This document shows positions 36,205-49,423 of a DNA stretch of 64,000 bases, in pieces. Position 1 is the first letter of the stretch. The number at the start of each line of letters is the position of its first letter. This DNA comes from Octopus sinensis (taxonomy: Eukaryota), in NCBI RefSeq assembly GCF_006345805.1, contig NC_043014.1, forward strand, positions 48,174,001 to 48,238,000, given 5' to 3'. Under the pieces are notes generated by a model that searched no databases, had not been told where the DNA came from, and was given only the letters and a program-made list of their open reading frames with translations. The translations under genes were made by a program, and so were the position numbers.

Positions 36205-36528
36205 TCATCATCATCATCATCATCATTTAACATCCGCTTTCCATGCTAGCATGGGTTGGACGATTTGACTGAGGTCTGGCGAACCAGACTCCAATCTGAT
36301 CTGACAGAGTTTCTACAGCTGGTTGCCCTTCTAACGCCAACCACTCCGAGAGTGTAGTGGGTGCTTTTTATGTGCCACCAACCAGAGGGCCAGTTTGGTG
36401 GTACTGGCAATGGCCATGCCCAAATAGTGCTTTTTATGTGCCACCTGCACAGGAGCCAGTCCAGCAGCACTGGCGATGTCCTCGCTTGAATGTATCATGT
36501 GCCACCAGCACAAGTGCTAGTAAGGCGG
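36205..36528 (-). mobile_element. RTE-LINE 3' UTR-derived repeat
   Basis: Close to 9786-10110. Confidence 0.8.
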
Positions 36529-37348
36529 AACTCCACATTGCTAGATATCATGGGTCAAACACTTCTGTAACCTAAATGATGTTCATACAAAAATTTCTTG
36601 CACTGGTTTCTATTTGATTTAATCAAATGTGAAATGAAGTCAAGATTTCTCTTTTAAAACAGACTTTATGATTGAGTAGAGAGAAAAAACAAAAACATTT
36701 TCCATTTTGTTGGAATATAAAACGAATATAAATGGACATATTGTATACATGATAATTAATTTCCCAAATGGACGTTGGTGATTGCAATAAGAAGACAAGT
36801 GCTGAAGGCAGCCTTAACAACATTGAAATATATTGATGCCTGAAGAGGCATCGCAGAACAGGCTAGAAGGATCAGCATCTCACCTTTATATTCCCGTTCT
36901 CTTCCTTGGCGAGAAGCTAATTCACAGGGAGCAGAAAATGGAGATAAATGGCAGAGTTTTAATTTCAACATTACAGCAACAGCAACAACAACAACGACAA
37001 GAATACAGAAACAAACAACAAAAACAATATACAATGGTTCAGTATTATATCCTTGCAGGAACATCCAAGTTTAATTAATGGTTTTTTTTTTTGGTTTTTT
37101 TTTGTTAATCAATATATCTGTCCTTGTATTAATAAAGATAGTGAATTAATGGTAAAACTGTTAGAGGTTCATACATGGTCGTGTGGTTAAGAAATTTGCA
37201 TCACAACTACAAAGTCTCAGGTTCAATTCCAGACTGCAGCACCTTGGCCAAAGGTCTTCTCTTACAGTCTCATACTTACTAAAATCCTGAGTGAAATTAG
37301 GGAGACAGAAACTGGGGGGAAGCTAGTTAGGGGATCATTACAGTTTAA

Positions 37349-37815
37349 CCCTTTCGTTACCAACCCGGCTGAAACTGGCTCTGTATTACAAATGTTTTGT
37401 TTTCATAAGTCTTGAATTAAAATCTTCCACCAAACCTTAGTCACATTTTATATTCCTAACACCAGCTTAATGATAACTAAGTTATTTTACTAAATTCTTT
37501 GTTATATTTAAAATAATTGAAAGAAACACAGAACATCTCAAAATAAATACGGTAACAAATGGGTTAAAATATATAACAGAGAAGCAATTCTTAACCCTTT
37601 TGATACCAACCCAGCTGAAACCACATCTGGCTCTGTTGTATAGATGTCTTGTTTTCATAAGTTTTGAATTAAAATCTTCCACCAAACCTTAGCCACAATT
37701 TATGTTCCTAACACTAGCTGAATGATAAGTAAGTTATTTTACTAAATTCTTTGTTATATTTAAAATAATTGAAAGAAACACAGAGCATCTCAAAATAAAT
37801 ACGGTAACAAAAGGG
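37349..37815. mobile_element. Two tandem piggyBac-type MITEs (37349-37563, 37595-37815)
   Basis: Each TTAA|cccttt...ggg|TTAA with highly similar interiors; a third, SINE-interrupted copy at ~18858-19298. Confidence 0.85.
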
Positions 37816-38764
37816 TTAATCTCTTGTTTGGTCTTTGGGTAACTTCAGTGGAGTTCATTCTATTGCAAACATTAAGACCAGGCTTCCAGCCTGAGGCTAG
37901 CTTCCACCCTTCCTCTTATCAGATATGAAGCTCCAAAACCAGTCAGGAGCACTGCCCTTCCTTGTTTAATTAAATTGTGTAAAAAATGATTTTCTTACTA
38001 AATTGATTATAATTTAACAAACATGGTAATACATCAGTGCATAGTACACCTGATGGAGCTGACTCAATAATTACCTGGACCATTGTTCGTTAAGGAGCTG
38101 ATGATCTGTAGCTTTTATCACAATGATCACATTAAATGTCTCCTTTCAGTTAAATGCAATGCAGAATCATGCCAACCGATATTGTGCACATACATCTCTC
38201 TTCAGAATACCAACAGAAAGACAACTTTTATTACTTGATATATGGTCTTTCACATTTTATTATTAGCTTGTTTTTGATCACATATCCTTAACTGGTTATC
38301 AAAACCAGCCAACCAGCCTTACACAAGCCAAACATGGTAACAAGTTGAGTATTTCACTGGATTATGGATATCTATGGGGCTTCATTTCTTTGCATCTTGC
38401 TTCAGTTTTGAGTGTTTAATGAGATTCTCTTCAGAATGGAGGGGCAAATTCAATGTATATTTTCCCCTGTGAACAATTGCAATTATTCTTAAACTTCCTA
38501 CAGGAATATTACCTTTTTTTCAGATCAGATTTAAGGCAATTTTTGCAATTAAAGTTTAGTTTATAAAGGAAGTCTTTTCTGGATGGAAGTGTTTCACCAT
38601 CTACATAAATTACATGAGATGCCAATCTCAATCTGCTTGGAATATTGTCAGAGAATCTCTATGCTTACATCTGCCGACTCCAAAACTTCAACATCACTCA
38701 CACACTCTTGCCAAGATATATTTATACAGAGTATATTAATATCTAGTAATATAAATAAGTATAT

Positions 38765-38826
<62 letters not shown>

Positions 38827-38837
38827 AGAAATACATT

Positions 38838-38883
<46 letters not shown>

Positions 38884-39176
38884 TCAAAATAGGCAACAAG
38901 AATAACTTCAGTAGTTCTTGTTGCTTATTTTGATTATAATCACCCTATGGATTTATATGGATAACACCATACAGAATTCTGGTGCATCTAATTTAAGTAC
39001 CATATTCATTTGAATCTACATTTTGCTGAACTTATATATATATATACATATGTATACTAGTATATAGTATAGACATATAGTAGAATATCAGAGTATGTGT
39101 GTCAACGAACACACACACACACTATTCACATCAAACAAAATGATTGAGCTGTCAGCATTATTCAAGCTATGATTAA

Positions 39177-39387
39177 CCCTTTAGTATTTAAACCGGCCAA
39201 AAGTACTCTGCCTGTTTTATGTTCAAACTGGCCATATCTGGTCTCTCACACCAACCCTACAATATCATCTTAAAAATTAACAGCTACCTCATCAAAATCT
39301 CAAAGCTACAAGATAAGGCATGATTAATTCAAAACAATGTGGATAAAAAAGGATTAATTTTGGCAGAATAATGCGAACACTAAAGGG
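39177..39387. mobile_element. piggyBac-type MITE with TTAA target site
   Basis: TTAA|ccctttag...ctaaaggg|TTAA. Confidence 0.85.
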
Positions 39388-40092
39388 TTAAATAACTGAA
39401 TATATTGGCACAAAACCATTGACATCATATTAACAATACCCTACTATTAAAAGAAATTATTCACTCATCCAATGCAGTGTTAATCAATCAGGTTTTATTT
39501 TGTTACTAACACACACACACATATATAGATATATAATTACATTAGTATATAGTTAAATGTATTGGTATATAGTATTTATTAGTAAAAGTAGAATATGTTA
39601 GAGTATACAGAATGTATTAGTGTATATATATACTATAACAGCACATCAAATCTATTAGTTAATATAAATATATATGTTACTATACATAGAATATACTACA
39701 GGAAATGTACTATAAGGTATATCCTAATAAGCAGTAGAAGATCTTTTCTTAGGTTATAATACATTGCAGTGGCAACTAAATAAATAAACTTGTACAGTTC
39801 AATAATCTTCATTAAACTATTTCCATTCATTAATTATAGAGATCTGCTATTAATTGGTTGAGTTAGTATATTCACATGGGTCTGGAGATCTCAGCTGCTG
39901 TTCTATTTACAGCAATTCAGAGCAAAAACACTCTTTATTTATATCTTCAGATCATGTATACCCAGAGAATAGGTACCACATCGAAGTGGTTCACTTTCAG
40001 ACCACAGTACTCCGAGCTATAAGTAATAGGTAACCAGATCAAATGTTATTTCATATCAAACTACACGCCACTTCCAATCACATAGCTGTCAA

Positions 40093-40474
40093 TCTCTCTA
40101 TATATAAAGCTGAAGTTGTCTGTGTATGGCAGGTTTGGTAGCCTTCAACTAACACTATCTCCTCTGAGACCCTGTGGCACAAGTTGACCAAAATTGAGAG
40201 TATGATAGAAGAAGGCTTGCTCTTCATTCCGTAGAAGAAAAAATTCAAATCAGACCATGTTAATACCAAAAATTATTTACATCAAAATTTGCTTTTTTTT
40301 CTATGAAAATCCCAATTTTTTACGATTTTTTTACTGCTGTGTCACCATTTTTCGGTGTATTTCAACCAGAAAAATGTTCACTTAAAGAGAATAACAAGCT
40401 ACATAATGCAAAATTTTTACTTTTCATAAATTCCAATTCTAAAGGGTCAAAACAAACCCGAGCAATACTGCTAG
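40093..40474 (+). mobile_element. Non-autonomous Helitron-like element
   Basis: 5' TC(TCTCTATATATAAAG), 3' CTAG, inserted between A and T; empty-site-like unit at ~40601-40630. Confidence 0.75.
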
Positions 40475-41221
40475 TAATAGATAAAGAGATCAACCAAATT
40501 CCCTCAGAGCACAGTTCACTACCAATCACTTCATCTAGCTGTCAGTAATGTGTACTAGATCAATGCTATTTCATCTCTGACCACACTCCACTTCCAATCA
40601 CACAGCTATTAATAATAGATTAAGAGATCAATCAAATTCCCTCAGAACACAGTTCATTGCCAATCACTTCCTCTAGCTGTCAGTAATCTATCAGATCAAT
40701 GTTATTTTACCTCAGATCACATTCTACTCCCGATCACTTGCCCTAGCTGTCAATAATATATAAAAGGATAGACATCCTTCTCAAGCCCTATGGATTCATA
40801 AGGGCTGGTTTCCTAGTTTATATATATTTATCCTCTCGATGGGATGTTGGTCAGTTGCTGAGTGGACTGGAACAACATGAAATGAAGTATTTTGCTCTAG
40901 AACACGTCACCCAGTCCAGGAAGTGAAATCACAATCTTACGACCACGAGTCCAACACCCTAACCATAAAACCACATGCCTGCATGTCAGTAATGCATGCA
41001 AGATCAATATTATTCAGCTAAGACCACAGTCTACTAATCAAATCAAATAGCTCTCAGAATAATACATAACCAGATTGATCTAGTTCAGTCTCTGACTACA
41101 GTTCGCTAGTCTTCTCAAAGACTATCTGCATGTGAGTAAATTCCTTGATTACTATGTAGTTCCACTGTGAACTACCCCAGAATATTTCTTTAATTGGGAA
41201 GACTGGACCATGTTTCGGCTA

Positions 41222-41478
41222 TAGAGTTGCTGAAGCATGGAACAAACTGCCGGCATCAGTTAGTTGTCGGAGCACTGCATCCTTCAAAACTTCCATGCTT
41301 TCTGAGATTCGCCAACACTACACCTGATTTTCTTCCCTCCATAAACACGCAAGCATGTATCTGACTCATACACTGTTCGCTTCCCACACATTTGTACATT
41401 ACTGCATATGCTTTATACGCACTTTTGACAAGTTGTGGTGCACCTGAGCACTGTATACAATAATTTCATTATTATTAT
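41222..41478 (+). mobile_element. CR1-like LINE 3' end fragment
   Basis: Matches 11057-11312 reversed; (ATT)n tail. Confidence 0.8.
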
Positions 41479-41699
41479 ATCTCATTCAGTAACATGTTGT
41501 TCTAAACATTGGCTTTATTGTTTAATAAACCAACACCTTACCAACCTGGTCAGCTAATTAATATCACCACATAGATACAGGTGAATGAATACAGTAACTT
41601 AGGATCAAATATGTGCCATGTTATTTTAAATTACCTTTTATAGTCTTTCAAAATTACCTTCGATTGTTATGTTCATCAGATAGAAAACGAGGTAATTTC

Positions 41700-41888
41700 T
41701 ACTCTTCTCCTCTGGAAGCCATCTACTTGCGATACCAGAGGGCGCACACTCTCCTACCCTGATGTAATCTCCAGGGATACAGGCATCCAGCAACAGGACC
41801 TCCGTAATGCTATGATGGACCGTGAAGTGTGGCGTAGCATAGTAAATTCCATTGTCTCGACCACGGTCGAACAATGATGATTGATGAT
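41700..41888 (+). mobile_element. Second RTE-like 3' end fragment
   Basis: AMMDREVWRSIV-type C-terminus with gatga tail; reverse copy at ~44803-44880. Confidence 0.55.
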
Positions 41889-42502
41889 AAGATTCATGAC
41901 ATATCTGGATTAAGCTTCTAAACAAACATTCAACCTGCTAAAAATATTCATCAAACCTCCCTCAAACTACACTCTGGTATCTTGACAAAAATGAAAATAC
42001 AAATCAGAAAATGTTGTTCTAGATGCCTTTTAAAAAGATGCGATGGTCACGGCTGGAAAGCCTTTGATCATAGGTCTACCCAATCTGGAGTTAAACAACA
42101 GATTAAAATTCTTTTACTCAATAATGACATTATACAAGTTCACAAGATTATAATAGTCAGGTTAAGAGTTTGGACTACGAGCCACATGGTTATAAATTCA
42201 AGTCTTATTTCCACAGTGTGTTGTGCCTATGAACAAGGGACTTAACTCCAATGACTTTAGTTTGCTTAACTCATAAAAAATAGAAAAAGAAAACAGGCTC
42301 TACTTCTGCTTCTGCATGGTTGAGAGGTTAGTGGTTGCAAAGGCAGTTAACTCTGTCAATTACTCCAAGACAAACTCATCTTGCTCATGCAAACATGCAA
42401 AAATGGGATGAAATAACATCAAGAATTTGTGAACATAAAAATCAGTTTGGTAAAAAAAAATGTCAATGCTGATTAAACACAAAATCTTTAATTTAAACTG
42501 TT

Positions 42503-42606
42503 AAATAATAATGATGATGATGATAATAATAATGATAATAATAATAATGTTAATAATAATAATAATAATGTTAATAATAATAATAATGATGATGATAATA
42601 ATAATG

Positions 42607-42643
<37 letters not shown>

Positions 42644-42648
42644 TGATG

Positions 42649-42685
<37 letters not shown>

Positions 42686-42722
42686 TGATGATAATAATAA
42701 TGATAATAATAATGATAATAAT
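42503..42722. repeat. (AAT)n/(GAT)n microsatellite
   Basis: Direct reading. Confidence 0.95.
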
Positions 42723-43236
42723 CCTTTCTACTGCAGGCACAAAGCCCGAAATTTTGGGGAAGGGGGCTAGTCAATTACATCAACCCAGTACTTGATTGGG
42801 ACTTATTGAGTTCAGCAGAATTTGAACTCAGAATGTAAAGACTGATGAAATGCTGTTAAGCATCTTCCTTGGCATGAATAATAATAAGAAGAATGGTTTC
42901 AATTTTTGGCACAAGGCCAACAATGTCAGGGAGGGGAAAGGCTAATTACCACAACCCCAGTGTTCAACTGGTACTTATTTTATCGACCCCCCAAAAGGAT
43001 GAAGGGCAAAGTCAACCTGGGTGGGATTTGAACTCAAAATGTAAAGACATGAAATGCTGCTATGCATTTAGTCCAGTGAGCTAACGATTCTGCCAAACGT
43101 AACTGTATGATTCAGAAATTCACTTCCCAACCATGTGGCTTTGGGTTCAGTCCTGCTGTGCAGTAACTTGGGTAAGTGTCTTGTACCGTAGCCAAGGCCA
43201 ACAAAAGCCTTGTGAGTAGATTTGATAAAAACTGAA

Positions 43237-43610
43237 AGGCGCAGGAGTGGCTGTGTGGTAAGTAGCTTGCTAACCAACCACATGGTTCCGGGTTCAGTCC
43301 CACTGCGTGGCATCTTGGGCAAGTGTCTTCTGCTATAGCCCCGGGCCAATCAATGCCTTGTGAGTGGATTTGGTAGACGGAAACTGAAAGAAGCCTGTCG
43401 TATATATGTATATGTGTATGTGTTTGTCCCCCTAGCATTGCTTGACAACCGATGCTGGTGTGTTTACGTCCCCGTCACCTAGCGGTTCAGCAAAAGAGAC
43501 TGATAGAATAAGTACTGGGCTTACAAAGAATAAGTCCGGGGGTCGATTTGCTTGACTAAAGGCAGTGCTCCAGCATGGCCGCAGTCAAATGACTGAAACC
43601 AGTAAAAGAG
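43237..43610 (+). mobile_element. SINE family A
   Basis: Full head-to-tail copy. Confidence 0.88.
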
Positions 43611-43686
43611 TATGCCCATTGTATGAGTGCATACCCACACATACACACACTACTGGTTTTGCAGTTTCAAGGTCATGTGTAATTAG

Positions 43687-43987
43687 ATATGCTGTACGAT
43701 ATGACCAACCCTGATGTCATTCCGAATGGTTATGCCAGTCAGATGAAGGGACTGTATTTGATGGTGAATCACACTCCCGGAAGAGAGAACCTGACTCCTG
43801 AACACTCATCAGGACTTCCAAATCGAAACAATGTACAATATATGCAAGGCAATCAAATGTCTCCTTCTCATGCTGTGGGGCACCATGGAAGATCCACTGC
43901 ATGTGCTCAGAACCTGAACAGTGCTGGACCATCCAGGCCGCCCCCTGATCCTCCTTCTGTGCCGGGTACACCGACAAACAGATAAAG
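43687..43987 (+). other. Orphan exon-like ORF (98 aa, Pro/Gly/Asn-rich), antisense to GPS2; probable gene fragment or pseudo-exon
   Basis: Non-repetitive, GC-richer open frame 43689-43985 after aattag and before aag|gtag; no partner exons found. Confidence 0.4.
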
Positions 43988-44098
43988 GTAGATGAGAAAG
44001 GACATCCAACTATGAAACAATGCCTAGATAATATATTCACCTCATCCATGTAAGCATAGAAAAATAGATATAAACTAAAATAAATAAACATATATATA

Positions 44099-44472
44099 TC
44101 GAAATCGAAATTGAACCAATCCTTTGACTGGCACCTGGCAGATGCCAGGACCCCTGGACTGGTGGTACGTAAAAAGCACTATCCGAATCGTGGCCGATGC
44201 CAGTGCCGCCTCGACTGGCTTCTGTGCCGGTGGCACGTAAAATGCACCAATCCGACCGTGGCCGTTGCCAGCCTCGCCTGGCACCAGTGCAGGTGGCACG
44301 TAAAAAGCACCCACTACACTCACGGAGTGGTTGGCGTTAGGAAGGGCATCCAGCTGTAGAAACATTGCCAGATAAGACTGGAGCCTGGTGCAGCCTTCTG
44401 GCTTCCCAGATCCCCGGTCGAACCGTCCAACCCATGCTAGCATGGAGAACGGACGTTAAACGATGATGATGA
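44099..44472 (+). mobile_element. RTE-LINE 3' UTR-derived repeat
   Basis: Family motifs and (GAT)n tail. Confidence 0.82.
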
Positions 44473-45224
44473 TATACATCTCCTCGACTTATGACCTATG
44501 TGACTTACAAACATCCGCACATACGACCACAAAAAAATAAGGAAATAAAAAGATAAATAAATACATAAAAAACTGATTTTCAGACATTGAGCAGGTTGCG
44601 TGTGCAATAACTATGGCAGCTTCTAGCAATGCAGGCCTCCCTCAGATCCGTGCATCCACTGCCTGCCACCGTCTCTCAGTCAGTCGCTTTTAAGCATCAG
44701 TTGCGTTTGAATGAAAATAGTGTTGAAAAATAGAAATCTGACACATGACCTGTCAGTCGGAAGGGAATTCAGTTGTAAGCCGAGGAGAAGGTGTTATATA
44801 TAATCATCATCATTGTTTGACTGTGGTCGAGACAATGGAATTTACTATGCTACACCAGACTTCACGGTCCATCATAGCATGGAGTAGAAAGGGCTCCTTA
44901 GCCGTAGTGAAGGCAATCTGTCTAGGGAGATAACCTTACGATAAATCACTCAGTCCGTAGCTGAGAAATACTGGGTTGACATCCAGCGGGAACAGCTTTG
45001 TTTCATGGAGGAGGAAAGATCTTCTTTAGTGCTTGGTTGTACAATGCTTTCCAATGTGTGTAGTAGCGGCGCACGCACACATTATTAGCAGTTTGAAAAG
45101 ACTGTGGAATTTATAATTAACTGCACCAGGGTTATATATAAATGTGTGTGTGCGCATGTGTGTAAGTATGGTGGTTTCACAATGGTGTGTTTGCAGTTAA
45201 GTAAAAAAAAAAAAATCAAAAAGA

Positions 45225-45635
45225 GTAGCTGTGTGGTAAGTAGCTTGCTAACCAACCACATGGTTCCGGGTTCAGTCCCACTGCGTGGCATCTTGGGCAA
45301 GTGTCTTCTGCTATAGCCCCGGGCCGACCAATGCCTTGTGAGTGGATTTGGTAGACGGAAACTGAAAGAAGCCTGTTGTATATATGTATATATATATATA
45401 TGTATGTGTTTGTGTGTGTGTGTTTGTGTGTCTGTGTTTGTCCCCCTAGCATTGCCTGACAACCGATGCTGGTGTGTTTACGTCCCTGTCACTTAGCGGT
45501 TCGGCAAAAGAGACCGATAGAATAAGTACTGGGCTTACAAATAGAATAAGTTCCAGGGTCGATTTGCTCGACTGAAGGCGGTGCTCCAGCATGGCCGCAG
45601 TCAAATGACTGAAACAAGTAAAAGAGTAAAAGAGA
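45225..45635 (+). mobile_element. SINE family A
   Basis: Near-full copy. Confidence 0.85.
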
Positions 45636-45953
45636 GAGTACAGTAAGCTAAAGTAAAATAACATTTATTTATTCATACAAAGCTAAGTCTGTATGAGTGA
45701 TTACATGTAGTTTCTTGTTTATGGTTGTCTGTCACTCACACAAACACACAGAGGTGTGTGTGCATATCTGTTGTCGATGTATGCCAGTGAAGGATGTAAA
45801 CCTCTGTGAGAAAACTGAAAAGCCAGTGTTTACAAATGAAGTCAATCAACTTGACATATTTGTTTAGTCCCTAGTCAAAGTAATGCCATGAACCGATGGC
45901 TGGTCATTTGTAACCAATGACAACACAACAGTTCATAAATTGCAATATAAAAC

Positions 45954-46356
45954 GGATCTTTTCGGTTTGAACGGCCGTTTTTTCTAGCGGTGTCATATGA
46001 AATTGTCGCCCATAATTATGACCCTAGTATCGATCTATTGCATTTCAATTTGTTGTAGGGTTAGGGGTGGGGGGAAGGTATCTTTTTTGCTTCACAAATG
46101 TAAATAAACCCAATCTGTTCCTTAAACGAGGGACATATTCATACGTTTTTTACCTCAATGGACGTCATTGATTGGTTGAAATTGCAGAAATTGAAGAAAA
46201 AAAAACAACAAATATCTTACAAACTATAGACTTTTCTCAATAAAGCCAAGAGAGAATAAGATGTTTTATAAACACATTCTACCAGTATACGAAGTTTAAA
46301 ATTTTTTAGTTACCTAGAAATTATGTTACAAACTGCCTTTCAAACCGAAAAGATCC
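45954..46356. mobile_element. MITE with GGATCTTTTCGGTTTGAA TIRs and 8-bp TSD (Merlin-like by termini)
   Basis: TSD tataaaac at 45946-45953 and 46357-46364; partial relative at 57806-58000. Confidence 0.85.
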
Positions 46357-46415
46357 TATAAAACTAATAAATATGCTTCGGCGATGAAAATGGAAAGTGA
46401 AGGAAGTTGTCTTAC

Positions 46416-46661
46416 TTGTCTGTGGCATCCTCTGTAACTGATAATTGTGGGGATAGGATTCTGTAAGTGGCTTCTGTTGTTGTGGATAATGACCAGGGTA
46501 AGATGTAAAAGCCGACTGAGATGCGACGGTTGGAGTGGTGGTGTATTTGGTGGTAGGAGGGCCAGCTGTGAACGGGACTGCTTGCTGCTGGTAAGCATGG
46601 GTACCTTGACTGGCGTAAGCTACCTGGGGTGGTGGTTGGTTCTGACCATAGGTGGTAGGTT
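46416..46661 (-). CDS. GPS2: GPS2 coding exon 6
   Basis: tttcag acceptor, gtaaga donor; 246 nt open, phase 1/1, P/Q/Y/T-rich (PTTYGQNQPPPQVAY...LQRMPQT). Confidence 0.85.
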
Positions 46662-46789
46662 CTGAAAATAGAACAAATAATTAAATAGATAAATAAATAA
46701 ACAAAATTTACTCACACCCACCCTTACATAAAGTTGGGTAGCCATGTATCTCCTGTGTAGCAAGACACCTTATACTTATCCTTTTTTCA

Positions 46790-47157
46790 TCTCTATATAT
46801 ATAAACGGCAAAATGTCTGTCTGTGTGTGTGTCCTTTATACAAATCCACAATTTTTCAGTTAGAGGGCTCGCACTTTCTATGGTCATTCAAAACCATCCA
46901 AGGGTGGCTGTGCACATCTTTACATTTCCCCAGTCACCCTGCAAAGCCATTAAAAAATCAATAGAAGTGACTTTTTTATGAATTTTCTATCCAAAACCCA
47001 ATCAAAATGCCCAAAACTTGATACACCAATTGAATGCCAGCTAGCTGTATGTGATTGGTCAGAGATTTGGACAGTACACGCGTGTATGTGCGCATGCACA
47101 CAGCTGTATATGCATGCACTAGCACTATGACCCGGCGTTGCCAGGTCATAGTGCTAG
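46790..47157 (+). mobile_element. Non-autonomous Helitron-like element
   Basis: A|TC...CTAG|T termini with subterminal hairpin; 5' part repeated at ~62284-62450. Confidence 0.75.
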
Positions 47158-48350
47158 TACTTTATAGTCTTTCAACACTTTGCATTAAGGCACCTCACAC
47201 CTCTCAATTGTAAAGTAGTTGGTGTTAGGAAAGGCATCCAGCCATAGAAACCAAGCTAAATCAGACTGAAACCTGGTGCAGTTTGTCTGTTTGCTAGCTC
47301 TGGTCAAACCGTCCAACCCATGCCAGCGTGGAAAATGGACATTAAAGGATGATGATGATGATGATCTAGTCATGGGGTTTTTTATTATTATTTCTCAATG
47401 TTACTAGTGCTGGCAGCACAAAAAAAGCACCCAGTACACACTGTACAGAGGCTGGCATCAGAAGGGACCGCCAGCCACAGAAACCTTACTATGCTGACAC
47501 CGGAGCTTGATACAGCCCTGCGGCTCACTGAACAGTATGAAACTGTCTAACTCATGCCACTAAGGAAATCAGGAGTTGATGATGATGATGACGGAGAGAT
47601 TGAGAGCCAGATATTTCATTGTAGCTCTCTGTTCCTGCTTCAGTTTATCTAGCTGGTAACAAGTTACATCCTATTGCTACAGCTGGGCTGTTAGCAGTAG
47701 AGAAGTCAATGAGTAATCAAGTCAAAGGCAACAAAAAAGAAAAAAACAACAAACATCATCAACCATGTCCAGACTTTTTACAAATTATTCTGCTATATCT
47801 ATCACAAGTTGATATGAACAAATATACAAGGTGTCCATAAATTACCTTTACAATTTGAAAAATTCAGAACACAAAAAAAACAACAAATAAGGATAAGTAA
47901 GCAGTTTGTGTACAACAGATGGCTGGCCCAAGGCTATGGCCAAGATGCCACTTAGTGGGATTGAACCCAGAACTATATATAATGTAGATAGGCTTTAAAT
48001 TCAAACTGCGTCTTTTTATTCCAGTATTCCAAATCTGTATTATGTTTTGTGTGAGGTAAGTATTGGAGTTGAAAATTCTGGGAAATATTTTTTTTGCAGA
48101 GAAACTGTGTGTATGTGTCTACACTTTTTATATCAATCTCTAACTCTCTCTCTTTTCTGTATTACTAGATTTGTTCTTTATTCTCCTCCCCAATTATATG
48201 TGTGTGTGTATGGGATGGGGTATATATATATATTGTAAGCTAATACCTCTAAAATTACATATAAGCTACAAAAGAAAACTGAAATTATATTTCATTTTTG
48301 GATTTGGTTTGCAAGATTCTTTATATGAGTTCGTGTGTTGAAGCATATTC

Positions 48351-48594
48351 TGTTGTATCTGGGGAGAGTCATTTTCTTTTTGTGCCTTATAATTTAACAC
48401 ACTCACTGGTAAAATTTACACTAGTTTCTTATTTTTATTTTCCTAAAATTTTTGTGGCATCTTGCAACCTTTTCAATAGTCTTGACGCAACGAAAATTTT
48501 AGGAAAATAAAAATAAGAAACTAGAGGAAATTTTACCAGTGAGTGTGTTAAATTATAAGGCACAAAAAGAAAATGACTCGCCCCAGATACAACA
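48351..48594. repeat. Fold-back inverted repeat (~110 bp arms), same family as 13040-13308
   Basis: 48351-48461 pairs with 48484-48594. Confidence 0.9.
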
Positions 48595-48849
48595 AAACTG
48601 AAATTACTTAAATAAGTAATTAAATATTGATAATGTTTAGGGATGATGATGGTGGCGAGGGAGGAGAAAGGAAATAGTTGAATGATAATCCCAAAAGAAG
48701 AAATAATAATAATACAATTTGACTCATTATTTAATCAATCCAGCCAAAAGGCAAATTTGATCTGGGCATAGTCTGAACTCAGAACAGAATGTTTCTAGCA
48801 AGTTGTCATCAATGAAAAATGAAAAAGAGTGGTACTGTGAGATACTTAC

Positions 48850-49003
48850 TGTATTCCGCTTGAGAGGGAGTATAGACAACAGCTGGCTGCTTGGTGGTGA
48901 TAGCGTAAGATGTCTGGGGGTATTTATGTTCATTAGGGTATGGTTGATAAACGGTCACTGGAGGAGATGGTGAACGAGTTCTTTTCATCCCTTGAAGACG
49001 TTG
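48850..49003 (-). CDS. GPS2: GPS2 coding exon 5
   Basis: attcag acceptor, gtaagt donor; QRLQGMKRTRSPSPP...SQAEY; 154 nt, phase 0/1. Confidence 0.85.
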
Positions 49004-49210
49004 CTGAATCTAATGAGATATAAAATCATGCTTTAAAGTTTTATACATATATATATATATATATACACTCAGATGGGAAGATAATTTAAGAAGGATGTTT
49101 GGAACAACATGGAGGGGAATGGCATGATGGGAATGGCACAAATACCCAGATGATATATAAGTGTATGTGTGTGTGTGTGTACGTACATTATATATAAGAT
49201 ATGTACTTAC

Positions 49211-49322
49211 TGGAATGAGTGGTTGATGAGGTTTGTACAAAGTGGGTCGTCCTGTTACACCAGGGTGTAAGAGCATTGGGTGTCCTGTCACAGTGTAAGG
49301 ATGTTGGAAATTTAAAAGTTCA
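49211..49322 (-). CDS. GPS2: GPS2 coding exon 4
   Basis: tttcag acceptor, gtaagt donor; (S)ELLNFQHPYTVTGHPMLLHPG...PLIP; 112 nt, phase 2/0. Confidence 0.87.
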
Positions 49323-49423
49323 CTGAAAATAGAATACATAAATTAGTGTTAACCACACTCTCTTATCTTAATTCTCTGTGTCAAATCAACATTTATGTTG
49401 GCTAATATATGTATTTGTGTGTG

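Noticed and set aside
36833-37078. 81-aa ORF with poly-Gln
   Set aside because: No recognisable homology or convincing splice context; the Q run comes from a short (CAA/CAG) repeat
38300-38740. Moderately complex sequence that might be a decayed coding fragment
   Set aside because: Stops in the frames examined and no motif I could recognise
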